A stretch of 54,144 nt of DNA from Algoriphagus sp. (GTDB lineage Bacteria; Bacteroidota; Bacteroidia; Cytophagales; Cyclobacteriaceae): the NCBI RefSeq assembly GCF_024642405.1, contig NZ_JAHEBC010000001.1, positions 1-54,144 of the forward strand. The letters are read 5' to 3'. The notes beneath the pieces were generated by a model. It was not told where the DNA came from. It saw only the letters and a program-made list of their open reading frames with translations, and searched no databases. The first letter of the stretch is position 1. Each line of letters begins with the position of its first letter. Position numbers and translations under genes: made by a program. Shown here piece by piece: positions 37,946 through 48,288 of the stretch.

Positions 37946-40480
37946 TTATTTATTATTATTGGTCATTCCTCCGGTTGCCCCACCTTGATTCATGTCGCCA
38001 CCGTCGCCACCACTTTTTAAATCATCGTTATTCACAGACTTCTTTCTTCTTTGTCTCTGATCCATGCTAAGCTTACCGATTCTATAGCTGAAGTTAATTT
38101 TGAAGTTCATATTTCTCATCACGTTTGTACTGTTTTGAACAATAGTTGGTGTGATGATTTCATTTCTAACTTTGAACTCTTTTGCTAAGAAGTTATCTGC
38201 TCCGAATCCGATACTACCTCTTTTCTCATTGAATTGTTTATTCAATCCAAGACCGTAAGCAGCAAATCCACCTTGAGATCCTTGTAATTGAACTCTGTTA
38301 CCTCTTGCAAAAGTGAAAAGTTGTACTTGCCAATCTTTAGGTAAAGTATAGTTACCAAACATCCTTCCACTAACTACAAAACCTGAGTTTGAAGCAGCAA
38401 AAGCAGGATCTGTTAATCCATTGTCCAACATCGCATAATAGGTATCGATACTTCCGTTCAATGAAAACTTACTACTGATATTGATGTTTGTAAAAATACT
38501 TCCACCAATTGCCTTTTCTTGTCCAATATTTTCATAGTTAGTCGAAATGACTCCGTCATCAAGAACATTTCTTACTGCTTGAATAGATCCAGTTGTGTTT
38601 CTATAGAATGCTGTGAAATTCAACATAGTCTCCTTGAAGTAAGTACTATAACCTAATTCATAATTATCTGTGAATTCAGGGTCCAAAGTTGGATTACCTT
38701 GTGATATTTGAGTTGGGTTAGAGACATCAATGTTTGGATTCAAATATCTTAAAGATGGACGTGAAATACGTCTATTATAAGCAGCCTTGATCAAATTACC
38801 ATTGCTCATCTTTCTACTTAAATTCACACTTGGAACTAATGTTCCGTAGGATGGAATACTAACAGCGTTCTCTGTTTTAAAATCAGCATTGATTGTAGTA
38901 TACTCATATCTCAATCCTGGCTTCAAAGTGTAATTCTTCAAGAATGTAGTCGTGTAAGACACGTATCCAGCTGTTACATTTTGATCGTAATTAAAGGCAT
39001 TGGTCAAAGAAGGATTTTCACTTTCTATATACTCTCCATCTGCACCATCCGCCTGGAAATAAGCGAAATCTGAAATTGCTTTTCTAAGGATGTTTTTTGC
39101 CCCATATTCTAAGATTGATTTTCCATCTTTTCCTAGTGGCTCAACAAAGTCCAATTGAACAGTAAATTCTTCATTCTTGCTTGGATTATCATTCTTCAAC
39201 CTTGAATCGATTGTAGCTAAATCTTCCTCAAACAAAATATTTACAAAAGAATTTTCACGATTATCTCTACTATACAAAGTCAAAAAGCTAATTTCTTTTC
39301 CTTTCTTCTCGAAGGTTTTGGTATAATTCAAACTTATATCAACAGAATTTGAATTGTCTTTTGTATCTGTTTCTCTTAAGGCGTTCCTTACTAAGTTCCC
39401 ATCAAGAAAATTCTGGGTTAGGAAATTATTCTGCTGATTATTAGAATTTCTAATACCAAAATTCACAGCACCAGTAAGAAAATTATACTTATCAATTTCA
39501 TAATCAACTCCAAAATTATATCTCCCAAAAAGATAAGTTCTGTCAGTATCAGCAGATTGTAAAATTGTTGAGGCTGAGTTATCTGGATTAGTTACGACTT
39601 GTTTGTTTTCAAATCCACCAATAGTATTGTAACCTGCTCTACCGAAGCCTCCCAAAGTAAATCCAAACTTTCCTTTTCTGGCACTTGCATTAAGACCAAA
39701 GTCAGAACCTCTTAAACCTGTACCAGTTCGAATGTTCATAGACATTCCTTGGAGATTGTTCTTCTTTGTTACAATATTAATTACACCTGAAGTTCCTTCA
39801 GCATCAAATCTTGCAGATGGAGAAGTGATTACTTCTACCGCCTTGATTTCATCAGCTGGGATTTGCTTCAATGCATCAGTTATACTACTGGCAGCAATTG
39901 CAGAAGGTCTGTTATCGATTAAGACAGTAATATTGCTACTCCCTCTCATTGATACGTTTCCATCTAAATCAACAGAAAGCATTGGAACTCTTCTCAAAAC
40001 ATCTGTTCCATCTCCACCAGCAGTGGTTTTATCATTCTCTGCTTTATAAATAGTTCTATCTACTCGCTCCTCAATTAATTCACGTTGACCTTGAACAGTT
40101 ACCTCTTCTAGAGCAACCCCTTCGTCAGTCATAAGGATATCTCCTAAAACTACATCACCATTGGGAGATTCAACTTTAATATTTTGAACAGACTTGGTTT
40201 CAAAACCTAGAAAACTAATCTTAAGAGTATATTCTCCTGGAGTCATTCCGGTAATAAAAAATTTACCTTCATCATCTGCTACACCGCCGGCAATGTTTTC
40301 TTCAGTACCTGCAACATATAATGCAGCAGTTGCATAGGCTACTGGCTCTCCAGTATTCTGATCCTTTGCAACTCCGATGATTCTTGCCGGAGTTTTCTTT
40401 GTTGTTTCATTAGTTTGAGCCAAAATACTTGATGAGGCTACAGTGCTAAAAAACAGAATTAAATAAAATAATTTTTTCAT
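37946..40480 (-). CDS. TonB-dependent-type outer membrane beta-barrel receptor
   Basis: Signal peptide, N-terminal carboxypeptidase-regulatory-like domain, plug motif IEVITSPSA.FDAEG..GVINIV.KK-like, RI.RP....LNP, GNP.L.PE. Confidence 0.9.
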   Translation of the reverse strand: MKKLFYLILFFSTVASSSILAQTNETTKKTPARIIGVAKDQNTGEPVAYATAALYVAGTEENIAGGVADDEGKFFITGMTPGEYTLKISFLGFETKSVQNIKVESPNGDVVLGDILMTDEGVALEEVTVQGQRELIEERVDRTIYKAENDKTTAGGDGTDVLRRVPMLSVDLDGNVSMRGSSNITVLIDNRPSAIAASSITDALKQIPADEIKAVEVITSPSARFDAEGTSGVINIVTKKNNLQGMSMNIRTGTGLRGSDFGLNASARKGKFGFTLGGFGRAGYNTIGGFENKQVVTNPDNSASTILQSADTDRTYLFGRYNFGVDYEIDKYNFLTGAVNFGIRNSNNQQNNFLTQNFLDGNLVRNALRETDTKDNSNSVDISLNYTKTFEKKGKEISFLTLYSRDNRENSFVNILFEEDLATIDSRLKNDNPSKNEEFTVQLDFVEPLGKDGKSILEYGAKNILRKAISDFAYFQADGADGEYIESENPSLTNAFNYDQNVTAGYVSYTTTFLKNYTLKPGLRYEYTTINADFKTENAVSIPSYGTLVPSVNLSRKMSNGNLIKAAYNRRISRPSLRYLNPNIDVSNPTQISQGNPTLDPEFTDNYELGYSTYFKETMLNFTAFYRNTTGSIQAVRNVLDDGVISTNYENIGQEKAIGGSIFTNINISSKFSLNGSIDTYYAMLDNGLTDPAFAASNSGFVVSGRMFGNYTLPKDWQVQLFTFARGNRVQLQGSQGGFAAYGLGLNKQFNEKRGSIGFGADNFLAKEFKVRNEIITPTIVQNSTNVMRNMNFKINFSYRIGKLSMDQRQRRKKSVNNDDLKSGGDGGDMNQGGATGGMTNNNK

Positions 40481-40557
40481 GGTAGTTATTGCTGAGTTGC
40501 TTTACACAGATATGTACAGCAAAACAACAGTGTTTGTTCAAGACTATAATGGAGTAA

Positions 40558-40631
40558 TAGACCATTAGCTTAGTTTTGTCGACAAAACCACAGATTCATC
40601 CGACAAAACCTCAAATCCACTCGATAAACCG
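40558..40631. promoter_or_regulatory. LytTR-type direct-repeat array with 21-bp period
   Basis: TAGACCA (40558), TCGACAAAACC (40579), CCGACAAAACC (40600), TCGATAAACCG (40621). Confidence 0.7.
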
Positions 40632-40737
40632 ATTTATCGACTCTATGAAGTCCTATAAAGGTGTAATCCATGAGTTGGTAGATTTTATTTGATCAATTGA
40701 GCTTCTTTTCTTTAGTTTAAACCTGAAATTCAAAGAA

Positions 40738-41820
40738 ATGCCTCCATATAGCTCAAAAAAGAATCTTTCATTTATAGTACATCTTTTGGGATGGGTGATG
40801 TTATGCATTGTCCTTATTCTATTATCACCTCTTTCCTGGAGAATGGGAGAAAACGATCTGCCAGATGCCTTTTGGTATAAACAGGCGTTTTTAATACTAT
40901 TCCTAATAGCTGTCTTTTATTCCAATGTTTCAGTATTTATTCCAAAAGTATTACTCAAGGGAAAAAACTCTAAATATCTCCTGTTAGTAATAGGAGGAGC
41001 TATTCTTTTTTACTTTTCAATAATCTATTTCGAACAATTCATCAAGTATCCAGAAAAGATGCATGAATTTTTCAACCCAAACAGACCTTTTATTCCAAAT
41101 AGAAGATGGTTGCCGGGAGATGTGATACAAATCATGCTTTATGTGGTATCAATCGGATTAAGTACGTCTTTGGCACTAGTCCAGAAATGGCAAAGGGATG
41201 AAGTGAACAGACAAGATCTTGAAAAGCAAAGAATCAATACGGAGCTATCTTACCTGAAAGCTCAGATAAACCCACACTTTTTCTTTAATACCTTAAACAA
41301 CATCTATTCTTTGACAAATCTGGACATTAAGAAAGCACAAGAAGCACTTTTAAAGCTTTCTAGAATGATGCGTTATGTACTTTATGAAAATCAAAAAGAC
41401 GAAACATTATTAAAGAAGGAGGTTAATTTTATACAGGATTACATTGAACTCATGAAGATGAGGTTGTCAAGTAATGTAAAACTCGTTCTTAAAATCGAGG
41501 AGCCTAAAGATGATCATATCATTGCCCCAATGCTTTTATTACCATTTTTAGAGAACTCCTTTAAACATGGGATAAGCAGCCAAAAAGAATGTGAAATAAA
41601 TATCAGGTTGGAGGTTATGGGTGAAACTTTATTTTTTGAGACCAAAAACCAAATTTTCCCGGTACACTCCGATAGCCCTGAAGCAAAAGAAAATGGTATT
41701 GGACTTGTTAATACTCAGCGTAGACTTTCCTTACTTTATCCAGAAAAACATAGACTAAAATTTGGTAAAGACGAAGCCAATAATGAGTATTGGGTAAATC
41801 TTACCATTAATCTTGCATGA
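40738..41820 (+). CDS. LytS/YehU-type membrane sensor histidine kinase
   Basis: Four TM segments; LKAQINPHFFFNTLNNIY, P.LLLPFLENSFKHG, GIGL.N..RRL. Confidence 0.95.
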   Translation: MPPYSSKKNLSFIVHLLGWVMLCIVLILLSPLSWRMGENDLPDAFWYKQAFLILFLIAVFYSNVSVFIPKVLLKGKNSKYLLLVIGGAILFYFSIIYFEQFIKYPEKMHEFFNPNRPFIPNRRWLPGDVIQIMLYVVSIGLSTSLALVQKWQRDEVNRQDLEKQRINTELSYLKAQINPHFFFNTLNNIYSLTNLDIKKAQEALLKLSRMMRYVLYENQKDETLLKKEVNFIQDYIELMKMRLSSNVKLVLKIEEPKDDHIIAPMLLLPFLENSFKHGISSQKECEINIRLEVMGETLFFETKNQIFPVHSDSPEAKENGIGLVNTQRRLSLLYPEKHRLKFGKDEANNEYWVNLTINLA

Positions 41821-42566
41821 AACTAAATTGCGTAGCCATTGATGATGAACCATTAGCATTAGATTTGATTTGCAAGTTTATAGAGCAAACTTCTTTTTTA
41901 AAGCTAGTAGGTAAATTTTCAAATGGTGTAGAAGCCTTAGGTTTCATTAATCAAAATGAGGTTCAACTTATTTTTATGGACATTCAAATGCCTGACCTTT
42001 CAGGTATGGAGCTTGCAAGAGTTCTGGATGGAAAGAAGAATTCAGATAAAACCAGAATAATTTTCGCTACAGCGTATCATCAGTTTGCGATTGAAGGATA
42101 CAAAGTAGAGGCTTTGGATTATTTATTAAAACCATATAGCTACGAGGAATTTTTAAACGCCTCCACAAAAGCCTATACTTATTTTGAGAGGCTAAATTCG
42201 AAATCTGAAAATCTTGTCACTCAGATTCAGGAAACAAATACACCTGAATTTATTTTCCTTAAAGTAGAATATCAGTTGGTAAAAGTTATGCTAAAGGATA
42301 TTGCCTACGTGGAAGCTTATAAAGATTATGTGAAAGTGCATCTAATCTCTAAACCAAATCCACTGCTCTCATTAACTAGCCTAAAAAGTATGGAAGAACT
42401 TCTTCCCTCTAAGAGTTTCATGAGAGTTCACCGATCCTATATTGTTTCTCTTGAGCATATTGATTCTGTCTCTAAAAATGTAATCCAGATAGGAAAGCAA
42501 CACATTACTGTGGGAGATAATTATAAAGAGCCTTTTCTGGAGTTTCTCAGTAAGTGGATGAACTAA
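41817..42566 (+). CDS. LytTR family response regulator
   Basis: IDDEPLA, FMDIQMP..SG, LDYLLKP, FMRVHRSYIV. Confidence 0.96.
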   Translation: MKLNCVAIDDEPLALDLICKFIEQTSFLKLVGKFSNGVEALGFINQNEVQLIFMDIQMPDLSGMELARVLDGKKNSDKTRIIFATAYHQFAIEGYKVEALDYLLKPYSYEEFLNASTKAYTYFERLNSKSENLVTQIQETNTPEFIFLKVEYQLVKVMLKDIAYVEAYKDYVKVHLISKPNPLLSLTSLKSMEELLPSKSFMRVHRSYIVSLEHIDSVSKNVIQIGKQHITVGDNYKEPFLEFLSKWMN

Positions 42567-42568
42567 AC

Positions 42569-42598
42569 CAAAAAAGGAGCTTTGAAGCTCCTTTTTTG
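42569..42598. terminator. Bidirectional terminator
   Basis: CAAAAAAGGAGCTT-tg-AAGCTCCTTTTTTG. Confidence 0.9.
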
Positions 42599-42599
42599 A

Positions 42600-43934
42600 T
42601 TATCTTTTGCCTCCCGGCATCAATTTGCTCATGGCTGCTTTCGCGCCACCCATTTTGTTCATCTGCTTCATCATTTTTCGCATATCACTGAATTGCTTCA
42701 TCAGATTATTCACTTCCGTGATTGTTCTACCAGAACCATTTGCAATTCTCTTTCTTCGGCTTCCATCAATCAAATCTGGCTGCTGGCGCTCTTGAGGAGT
42801 CATACTTTTTATAATTGCTTCGATCGGTTTGAATGAATCATCATCAATATCCAAGCCTTTCATAGCTTTCCCCATGCCTGGGATCATACCCATCAAGTCT
42901 TTGATATTACCCATTTTTTTCACTTGCTCCAGCTGGGAAAGGAAATCATCAAAGTTGAAATTATTGGTTCTGATCTTAGAATTGATTCTTTTGGCTTCAT
43001 CCTCATCAAAAGACTGCTGCGCACGCTCCACCAAGGAAATCACATCTCCCATTCCCAAAATCCGCTGGGCCATTCGATCTGGATGGAAAACGTCAATATT
43101 TTCCATTTTCTCCCCGGTGGAAATGAATTTGATTGGCTTATTGACTACATGGCGAATAGATATTGCAGCACCGCCACGAGTATCACCATCTAATTTGGTC
43201 AGGACAACTCCATTGAAATCCAATCTTTCATCAAAAGTTTTAGCAGTATTCACTGCATCTTGACCAGTCATGGAATCCACTACAAACAAGGTTTCGGAAG
43301 GCTTCAAAGCTCTTTTCAGCTCTTCAATCTCCTGCATCATTTGATCGTCAACTGCCAAACGACCCGCAGTATCGACGATAACTGTTTTCTTTCCGGTTTT
43401 CTTTGCGTAGGCAATTGCATTGTTTGCAATCTCCAGCGCATTCTTATTTTCAGGTTCTGCATAAACCTCCACGCCGACTTGCTCTCCAAGTACTTTCAAT
43501 TGGTCTATAGCTGCAGGTCTATAAATATCACAGGCAACTAACAGGACCTGACGACCTTGCTTTTTTAACAGACTCGCTAGCTTTCCCGAAAAAGTTGTTT
43601 TACCAGAACCCTGAAGACCAGATATTAAAACTACAGAGGGATCCCCGCTTAGATTAATCTCAACCTTGGACCCTCCCATTAATTTGGTCAGCTCTTCTTG
43701 CGTAATTTTAACCAGCAATTGACCTGGGGAAACAGAGATTAACACATCTCTACCTAAGGCTTCTTGCTTGATGGTATCGGTTACTTCTTTCGCTACCTTA
43801 TAGTTAACATCAGCATCAATTAAGGCCCTTCTGATCTCCTTAACGGTTGTTGCTACATTTATTTCTGTGATGGTACCGGTACCTTTCAGGGTCTTGAAAG
43901 CCCGGTCTAATTTTAAACTTAAATTATCAAACAT
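42600..43934 (-). CDS. ffh: Signal recognition particle protein
   Basis: GLQGSGKTT, DTAGR, TKLDGDTRGG, Met-rich M domain; ATG 43934 (MFDNLS). Confidence 0.98.
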   Translation of the reverse strand: MFDNLSLKLDRAFKTLKGTGTITEINVATTVKEIRRALIDADVNYKVAKEVTDTIKQEALGRDVLISVSPGQLLVKITQEELTKLMGGSKVEINLSGDPSVVLISGLQGSGKTTFSGKLASLLKKQGRQVLLVACDIYRPAAIDQLKVLGEQVGVEVYAEPENKNALEIANNAIAYAKKTGKKTVIVDTAGRLAVDDQMMQEIEELKRALKPSETLFVVDSMTGQDAVNTAKTFDERLDFNGVVLTKLDGDTRGGAAISIRHVVNKPIKFISTGEKMENIDVFHPDRMAQRILGMGDVISLVERAQQSFDEDEAKRINSKIRTNNFNFDDFLSQLEQVKKMGNIKDLMGMIPGMGKAMKGLDIDDDSFKPIEAIIKSMTPQERQQPDLIDGSRRKRIANGSGRTITEVNNLMKQFSDMRKMMKQMNKMGGAKAAMSKLMPGGKR

Positions 43935-43955
43935 TCCTTTTGCGGCTATTTGCAG

Positions 43956-43963
43956 CAAAAGTA
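43956..43963 (-). promoter_or_regulatory. -7 promoter element of ffh
   Basis: Minus strand TACTTTTG, 21 nt upstream of ATG 43934. Confidence 0.65.
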
Positions 43964-44095
43964 ATCATTTTCATTAGGGATAGAAAGTATCAATTCATCT
44001 ATTCCTCTTCAAGGCTATATTCTGGGATTAGGTCTGTTTGGGTTTAAATTCCTAATTTGCGGCATCAATTAAAATATCTTAGAAATTCCTTTTTC

Positions 44096-46507
44096 ATGAC
44101 GATAGATTTCAAAAAAGATTTACTCCCACACGCAGTGGGAATCGCCATATTTTATGCGATTGTAGCATTTTATTTCTCTCCACTCGTATTTGAAAACAAA
44201 GTGATTTTTCAGGGTGATATTCTGAAATGGGAAGGCTCTGCGAAGGAGGTAATGGACTTCAGAGAAGAAACCGGGGAAGAAGCACTTTGGACCAACAGCA
44301 TGTTTGGTGGTATGCCCGCCTATTTTATCAGCATGGATTTCCCGGGTGACATCACAAATGCAATTGTTTCAATATTAACCTTGGGACTTCCTCACCCTAT
44401 TAATGGACTTTTTCTGGGAATGGTAGCAATGTACATTCTCTTATTGAGTTTCAGAGTCAGGCCTGTTTTTGCAATATTAGGGAGTGTTGCTTTTGCTTTT
44501 AATACCTATAATTTACTCAGTCTCGCAGCAGGACATAATGCCAAAATTTGGGCTGAATGCCTGATTCCTTTGATTTTTCTTGGAATTCATCTGGCTTTCG
44601 AAAAGAAACGGATTCTTGGAGCCGCTATTCTGGCTTTGGGCCTATTGCTGCAATTTAAATTCAATCATGTTCAAATAACATATTACACAATTCTCATAGC
44701 CGGTATCTATGTAATAGTTAGAGTGATTTTTGAGTGGAAAAAAGAAGGAATTGCAGCAATTGGGAAAACAATTGGAATCCTGATAATTGGTGCGACTCTG
44801 GCCTTTGGAGGAAATATAGGAAGACTAGCAACAGCACTGGAGTACTCCACTTATTCGACCAGAGGCGAAGTCACAATCGAATCTAAATCTGCCGGTCTCG
44901 ATAAAGATTATGCTTTCGGATGGTCTAATGGAATCATGGAGACATTCACTTTATTAATCCCGAATTTTTATGGAGGTGGCTCAAATACCCCTCTCCCGAA
45001 AAACTCTGCGTCTGAAAAAGCACTCCGCCAACAAGGATTAGATCCTGCTCAAATAAACGGGTTTGTACAAGGGGCGCCTACCTATTGGGGAGACCAACCT
45101 TTTACAGGTGGACCTATTTACGGAGGCATCATTTTAGCATTCTTAGCAATTCTCGGCATCTGGGCTGCTCCAAAACAATCGCTTATCACGTTTGGAGTAA
45201 TTATTGTTTTTTCTTTAATGCTTTCTTGGGGTAAAAATCTCTCCTGGTTCAATTACTTCCTTTTTGATGTATTACCTGGCTATAATAAATTCCGAGCCGT
45301 ATCCATGTCATTGGGGGTTACTCTTTTTGCGATACCTGTTTTAGGAATGATTTCCTTGGAAAAACTTGTCAAGGAAAATAAAATAAAGCCGTTATTAATA
45401 TCTGGAGCAATTACAGGCGGAATAATTTTGCTATTCGCCATTGGTGCCGGAATGTTTCGCTTTGAAGGAGCTGCAGATCAAGGCTTACCAGAATGGTTAA
45501 TTGGCGCACTTAGGGAAGACAGAAAAAGCATGCTTCAATCAAGTGCATTTAAAAGCTTGAGTTTTCTAGCTGTTGCTTTTGCACTTATTTATTTTACCCT
45601 AAAAGGAAAAATATCTGATTTAATTTTAGGGGGAGGACTATTTCTATTGGTCCTATTTGATTTATGGACAATCAACAGACCTTATTTAAATTCAGATTCT
45701 TTTGATGTCAGTCCCTCAAAAACCTACTTTGCTGAAACTCCCGCAGAAGCAGAAATCCAGAAAGATGAATCCTATTACAGAGTGTTGGATTTAACTGAGG
45801 GAATTACTTCTGCTGGAAAAGCCAGCTATAGATTTCATGCAATAGGAGGTTACCATGGAGCTAAACTTCGAAGGTTTCAGGATTTAATTGATTTTAGATT
45901 ATCCAAAGAGCTTAACGACTTTGTTTCTAAAGCGCAGGAAGGTGATTTTGATTTTGAAGGAATCCAATCTTTTAATATGCTCAATACTAAATATATCATT
46001 GCAGGTAATGCAGCAAATGCTGTTTTTGAAAATCCAGAAGCAAATGGTGCTGTTTGGATTCCTTCAAAGATTATTAACGTAAGTTCTAATCAGGAGGAGA
46101 TTGATGTTTTAGCGGAAATTAATACCAAAACAGACGCAACGGTAAACACAGATGAATTTGGTCAGGTTTCTACAGGTTCTGGAACGGTAACGCTCACTTC
46201 CTATGCTCCGAATCATTTGAAGTATTCAGCAAACATGGATCAGGCTGGATTAGCTGTATTTTCTGAGATTTTCTACCCAGTAGGTTGGACGGCAACAATT
46301 GATGGTCAGGAATCAGAAATCTTAAGAGTAGATTACCTTTTACGTGGTTTAAATCTTCCCGTAGGCCCGCATGAAATTGAATTTCATTTTGCTCCCTCGA
46401 GTTATACTAAAACAAAAACTCCTATGATCATTTTCCAATATTTAATAATTCTTGGATTGATTGGTGGAGTTTATTTTACAGTAAAAGAAAGTAATGCAAG
46501 AACCTAA
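44096..46507 (+). CDS. YfhO family polytopic membrane protein (GT-C-like)
   Basis: WTNSMFGGMP, H.QITYY, YWGDQP.T.GP, KFRA, GGYHGAKL, FSEIFYP.GW...IDG; ATG 44096. Confidence 0.88.
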   Translation: MTIDFKKDLLPHAVGIAIFYAIVAFYFSPLVFENKVIFQGDILKWEGSAKEVMDFREETGEEALWTNSMFGGMPAYFISMDFPGDITNAIVSILTLGLPHPINGLFLGMVAMYILLLSFRVRPVFAILGSVAFAFNTYNLLSLAAGHNAKIWAECLIPLIFLGIHLAFEKKRILGAAILALGLLLQFKFNHVQITYYTILIAGIYVIVRVIFEWKKEGIAAIGKTIGILIIGATLAFGGNIGRLATALEYSTYSTRGEVTIESKSAGLDKDYAFGWSNGIMETFTLLIPNFYGGGSNTPLPKNSASEKALRQQGLDPAQINGFVQGAPTYWGDQPFTGGPIYGGIILAFLAILGIWAAPKQSLITFGVIIVFSLMLSWGKNLSWFNYFLFDVLPGYNKFRAVSMSLGVTLFAIPVLGMISLEKLVKENKIKPLLISGAITGGIILLFAIGAGMFRFEGAADQGLPEWLIGALREDRKSMLQSSAFKSLSFLAVAFALIYFTLKGKISDLILGGGLFLLVLFDLWTINRPYLNSDSFDVSPSKTYFAETPAEAEIQKDESYYRVLDLTEGITSAGKASYRFHAIGGYHGAKLRRFQDLIDFRLSKELNDFVSKAQEGDFDFEGIQSFNMLNTKYIIAGNAANAVFENPEANGAVWIPSKIINVSSNQEEIDVLAEINTKTDATVNTDEFGQVSTGSGTVTLTSYAPNHLKYSANMDQAGLAVFSEIFYPVGWTATIDGQESEILRVDYLLRGLNLPVGPHEIEFHFAPSSYTKTKTPMIIFQYLIILGLIGGVYFTVKESNART

Positions 46508-47210
46508 AGATAAAATTGTCAGCTATTACGATCAGTTTGCCGAGAAGCAAGAAAAGACCGGGATCAACTCAAGACACCTTAGCATCCTCGACAAGGTAAT
46601 GGCTGCAGGACTAAAATCCCACCATAAAGTTCTAGAAGTGGGTTGTGGAATCGGCACTGTTAGTAGTTTATTAGCAGGACAAGTGAAAAATGGGGAAGTA
46701 CTTGCTGTTGATATAAGTCCTGAAAGTATTGAAAAAGCCAAGCTGATTTGGAAATCACATTCAAATTTGAAATTTGAAATTTCGGATATGTCTGATTTCC
46801 ACAAGGTGAATCAAACTTTCGATTTCTTCATTTTTCCGGATGTGTTGGAACATATTCCAGTAGATCAGCACCAAAGATTATTTCAAAATATTCAGGAGCA
46901 CTCACATCAAGACTCTGTCATATTTATTCATATTCCTGCTCCAAGATATTTGCAGTGGATGATAGAAAATGAACCTGAAAAACTTCAAGTTATTGACCAA
47001 CCTCTTGATTCAGGAGATTTGATAAAAAGTATTACATCAAGTGGCTTTTATCTCGAAAAAATGGAAACCTACCCCGTATTCTTTGAGGAGAAGGACTATC
47101 AATATTTTGTCTTCCGATCTCAAAAATCTCTGAGCAAATCTACCCCAAGAAGCAAGTGGCAGATCCTTAAAGAAAGACTAAGTATTCGACTTAGACATGG
47201 AATTAAATAA
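46494..47210 (+). CDS. Class I SAM-dependent methyltransferase
   Basis: VLEVGCGIG, AVDIS...I..A, FD....DVLEHI. Confidence 0.9.
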   Translation: MQEPKDKIVSYYDQFAEKQEKTGINSRHLSILDKVMAAGLKSHHKVLEVGCGIGTVSSLLAGQVKNGEVLAVDISPESIEKAKLIWKSHSNLKFEISDMSDFHKVNQTFDFFIFPDVLEHIPVDQHQRLFQNIQEHSHQDSVIFIHIPAPRYLQWMIENEPEKLQVIDQPLDSGDLIKSITSSGFYLEKMETYPVFFEEKDYQYFVFRSQKSLSKSTPRSKWQILKERLSIRLRHGIK

Positions 47211-47216
47211 AGTAAA

Positions 47217-47741
47217 ATGAAAATTCAGAAAAATACAGTAGTAGGACTCACATATGAGTTGAAAGTAAGTAAGCTTGAGGATGAAATAGAATCTTCCCCA
47301 TTTAGTGTGGAAGTGAGAGATAAGGAAGATCCATTTTACTTTTTATTTGGTCAAAGCGGATTACCTGAAAAGTTTGAAGAATTATTGGTAGGTCAATCTG
47401 AAGGAGAGCCATTTTCTTTCTCACTCTCAGTTGAAGAAGCGTATGGAGCACCGGATGAAGAGCTGATTATTAATCTTCCAAAATCTCAATTTTCCGGAGA
47501 GCAAGGTTTCAAAAAGGAAATGCTTGAAGAAGGAAATTTTCTACCATTGATGGATGAAAATGGTTACCCAATGCAAGCAAAAATCCTTAAAGTAATTGGT
47601 GATGAATTGTTACTTGATTTCAATCATCCATTAGTTGGGTTTGATCTTCATTTTGATGGAAATATTATTGAAGTTCGCAAGGCAACTAAAGAAGAGGTTG
47701 ATCATGGTCATGTGCATGGAGAGCATGGAACTCACCACTAA
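47217..47741 (+). CDS. slyD: FKBP-type peptidyl-prolyl isomerase SlyD
   Basis: V.L.Y.L, EEAYG, DFNHPL.G..L.F, VR.AT.EE..HGHVHGEHGTHH His tail. Confidence 0.92.
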   Translation: MKIQKNTVVGLTYELKVSKLEDEIESSPFSVEVRDKEDPFYFLFGQSGLPEKFEELLVGQSEGEPFSFSLSVEEAYGAPDEELIINLPKSQFSGEQGFKKEMLEEGNFLPLMDENGYPMQAKILKVIGDELLLDFNHPLVGFDLHFDGNIIEVRKATKEEVDHGHVHGEHGTHH

Positions 47742-47760
47742 AACTTAGAAATGTATTGAG

Positions 47761-47793
47761 GGGAATGAAATTAAATCATTCCCTTTCTTTTTT
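47761..47793 (+). terminator. Terminator after slyD
   Basis: GGGAATGA-N7-TCATTCCC-TTTCTTTTTT. Confidence 0.75.
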
Positions 47794-47812
47794 CAATAAG
47801 CACCCTTAATCA

Positions 47813-48232
47813 ATGACGAGGTTTTTTTTTCTTCTTTTTTTGACTTCTACGGCTTGTGCTCCTTTAGATAAAAAAGAGAGCAAGGAGAATGAGTTGAGCA
47901 GCTCAAAAACAGATGATTACTTTAGGGTTGTAGAGGGGCATGATGAGGAAATAGATCAAGACTTGATCAAAAAAGGAGAAGTTTTAATTGCATATTCGGA
48001 TTGTTTAGATTGCCACAAAATTGAAAATAGGGCAAAAGGCCCGGCGTTTTTGGACATTGCCAAGAGATACCCTTACCAAGAAGTCTATATAAATCTATTA
48101 TCCCGCAAGATAATCAACGGAGGGAATGGTTCATGGGGAAATCCAATTATGTCAGCCCATCCAAATCTCAGCTTTGAAGATTCAAAAGCAATGGCTGCCT
48201 ATGTGCTGTCTTTAGATAAATTAGAAGATTAA
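47813..48232 (+). CDS. Cytochrome c551/c552-type lipoprotein
   Basis: Lipobox STAC; CLDCH heme site, GPAF.DIA..Y, GG.G.WG...M..H. Confidence 0.9.
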   Translation: MTRFFFLLFLTSTACAPLDKKESKENELSSSKTDDYFRVVEGHDEEIDQDLIKKGEVLIAYSDCLDCHKIENRAKGPAFLDIAKRYPYQEVYINLLSRKIINGGNGSWGNPIMSAHPNLSFEDSKAMAAYVLSLDKLED

Positions 48233-48288
48233 GCTCTTCCTTTAAATAAACTATTCGGGACTTTTTGGATTCTATATTACTTATGGTG

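Noticed and set aside
40558-40640. Repeat array considered as a mini-CRISPR or iterons
   Set aside because: Units of about 11 bp with 10-bp spacers are too short; no cas or rep gene; the adjacent LytTR regulator explains it.
42607-43541. Several plus-strand ORFs opposite ffh
   Set aside because: Antisense shadows of a conserved gene.
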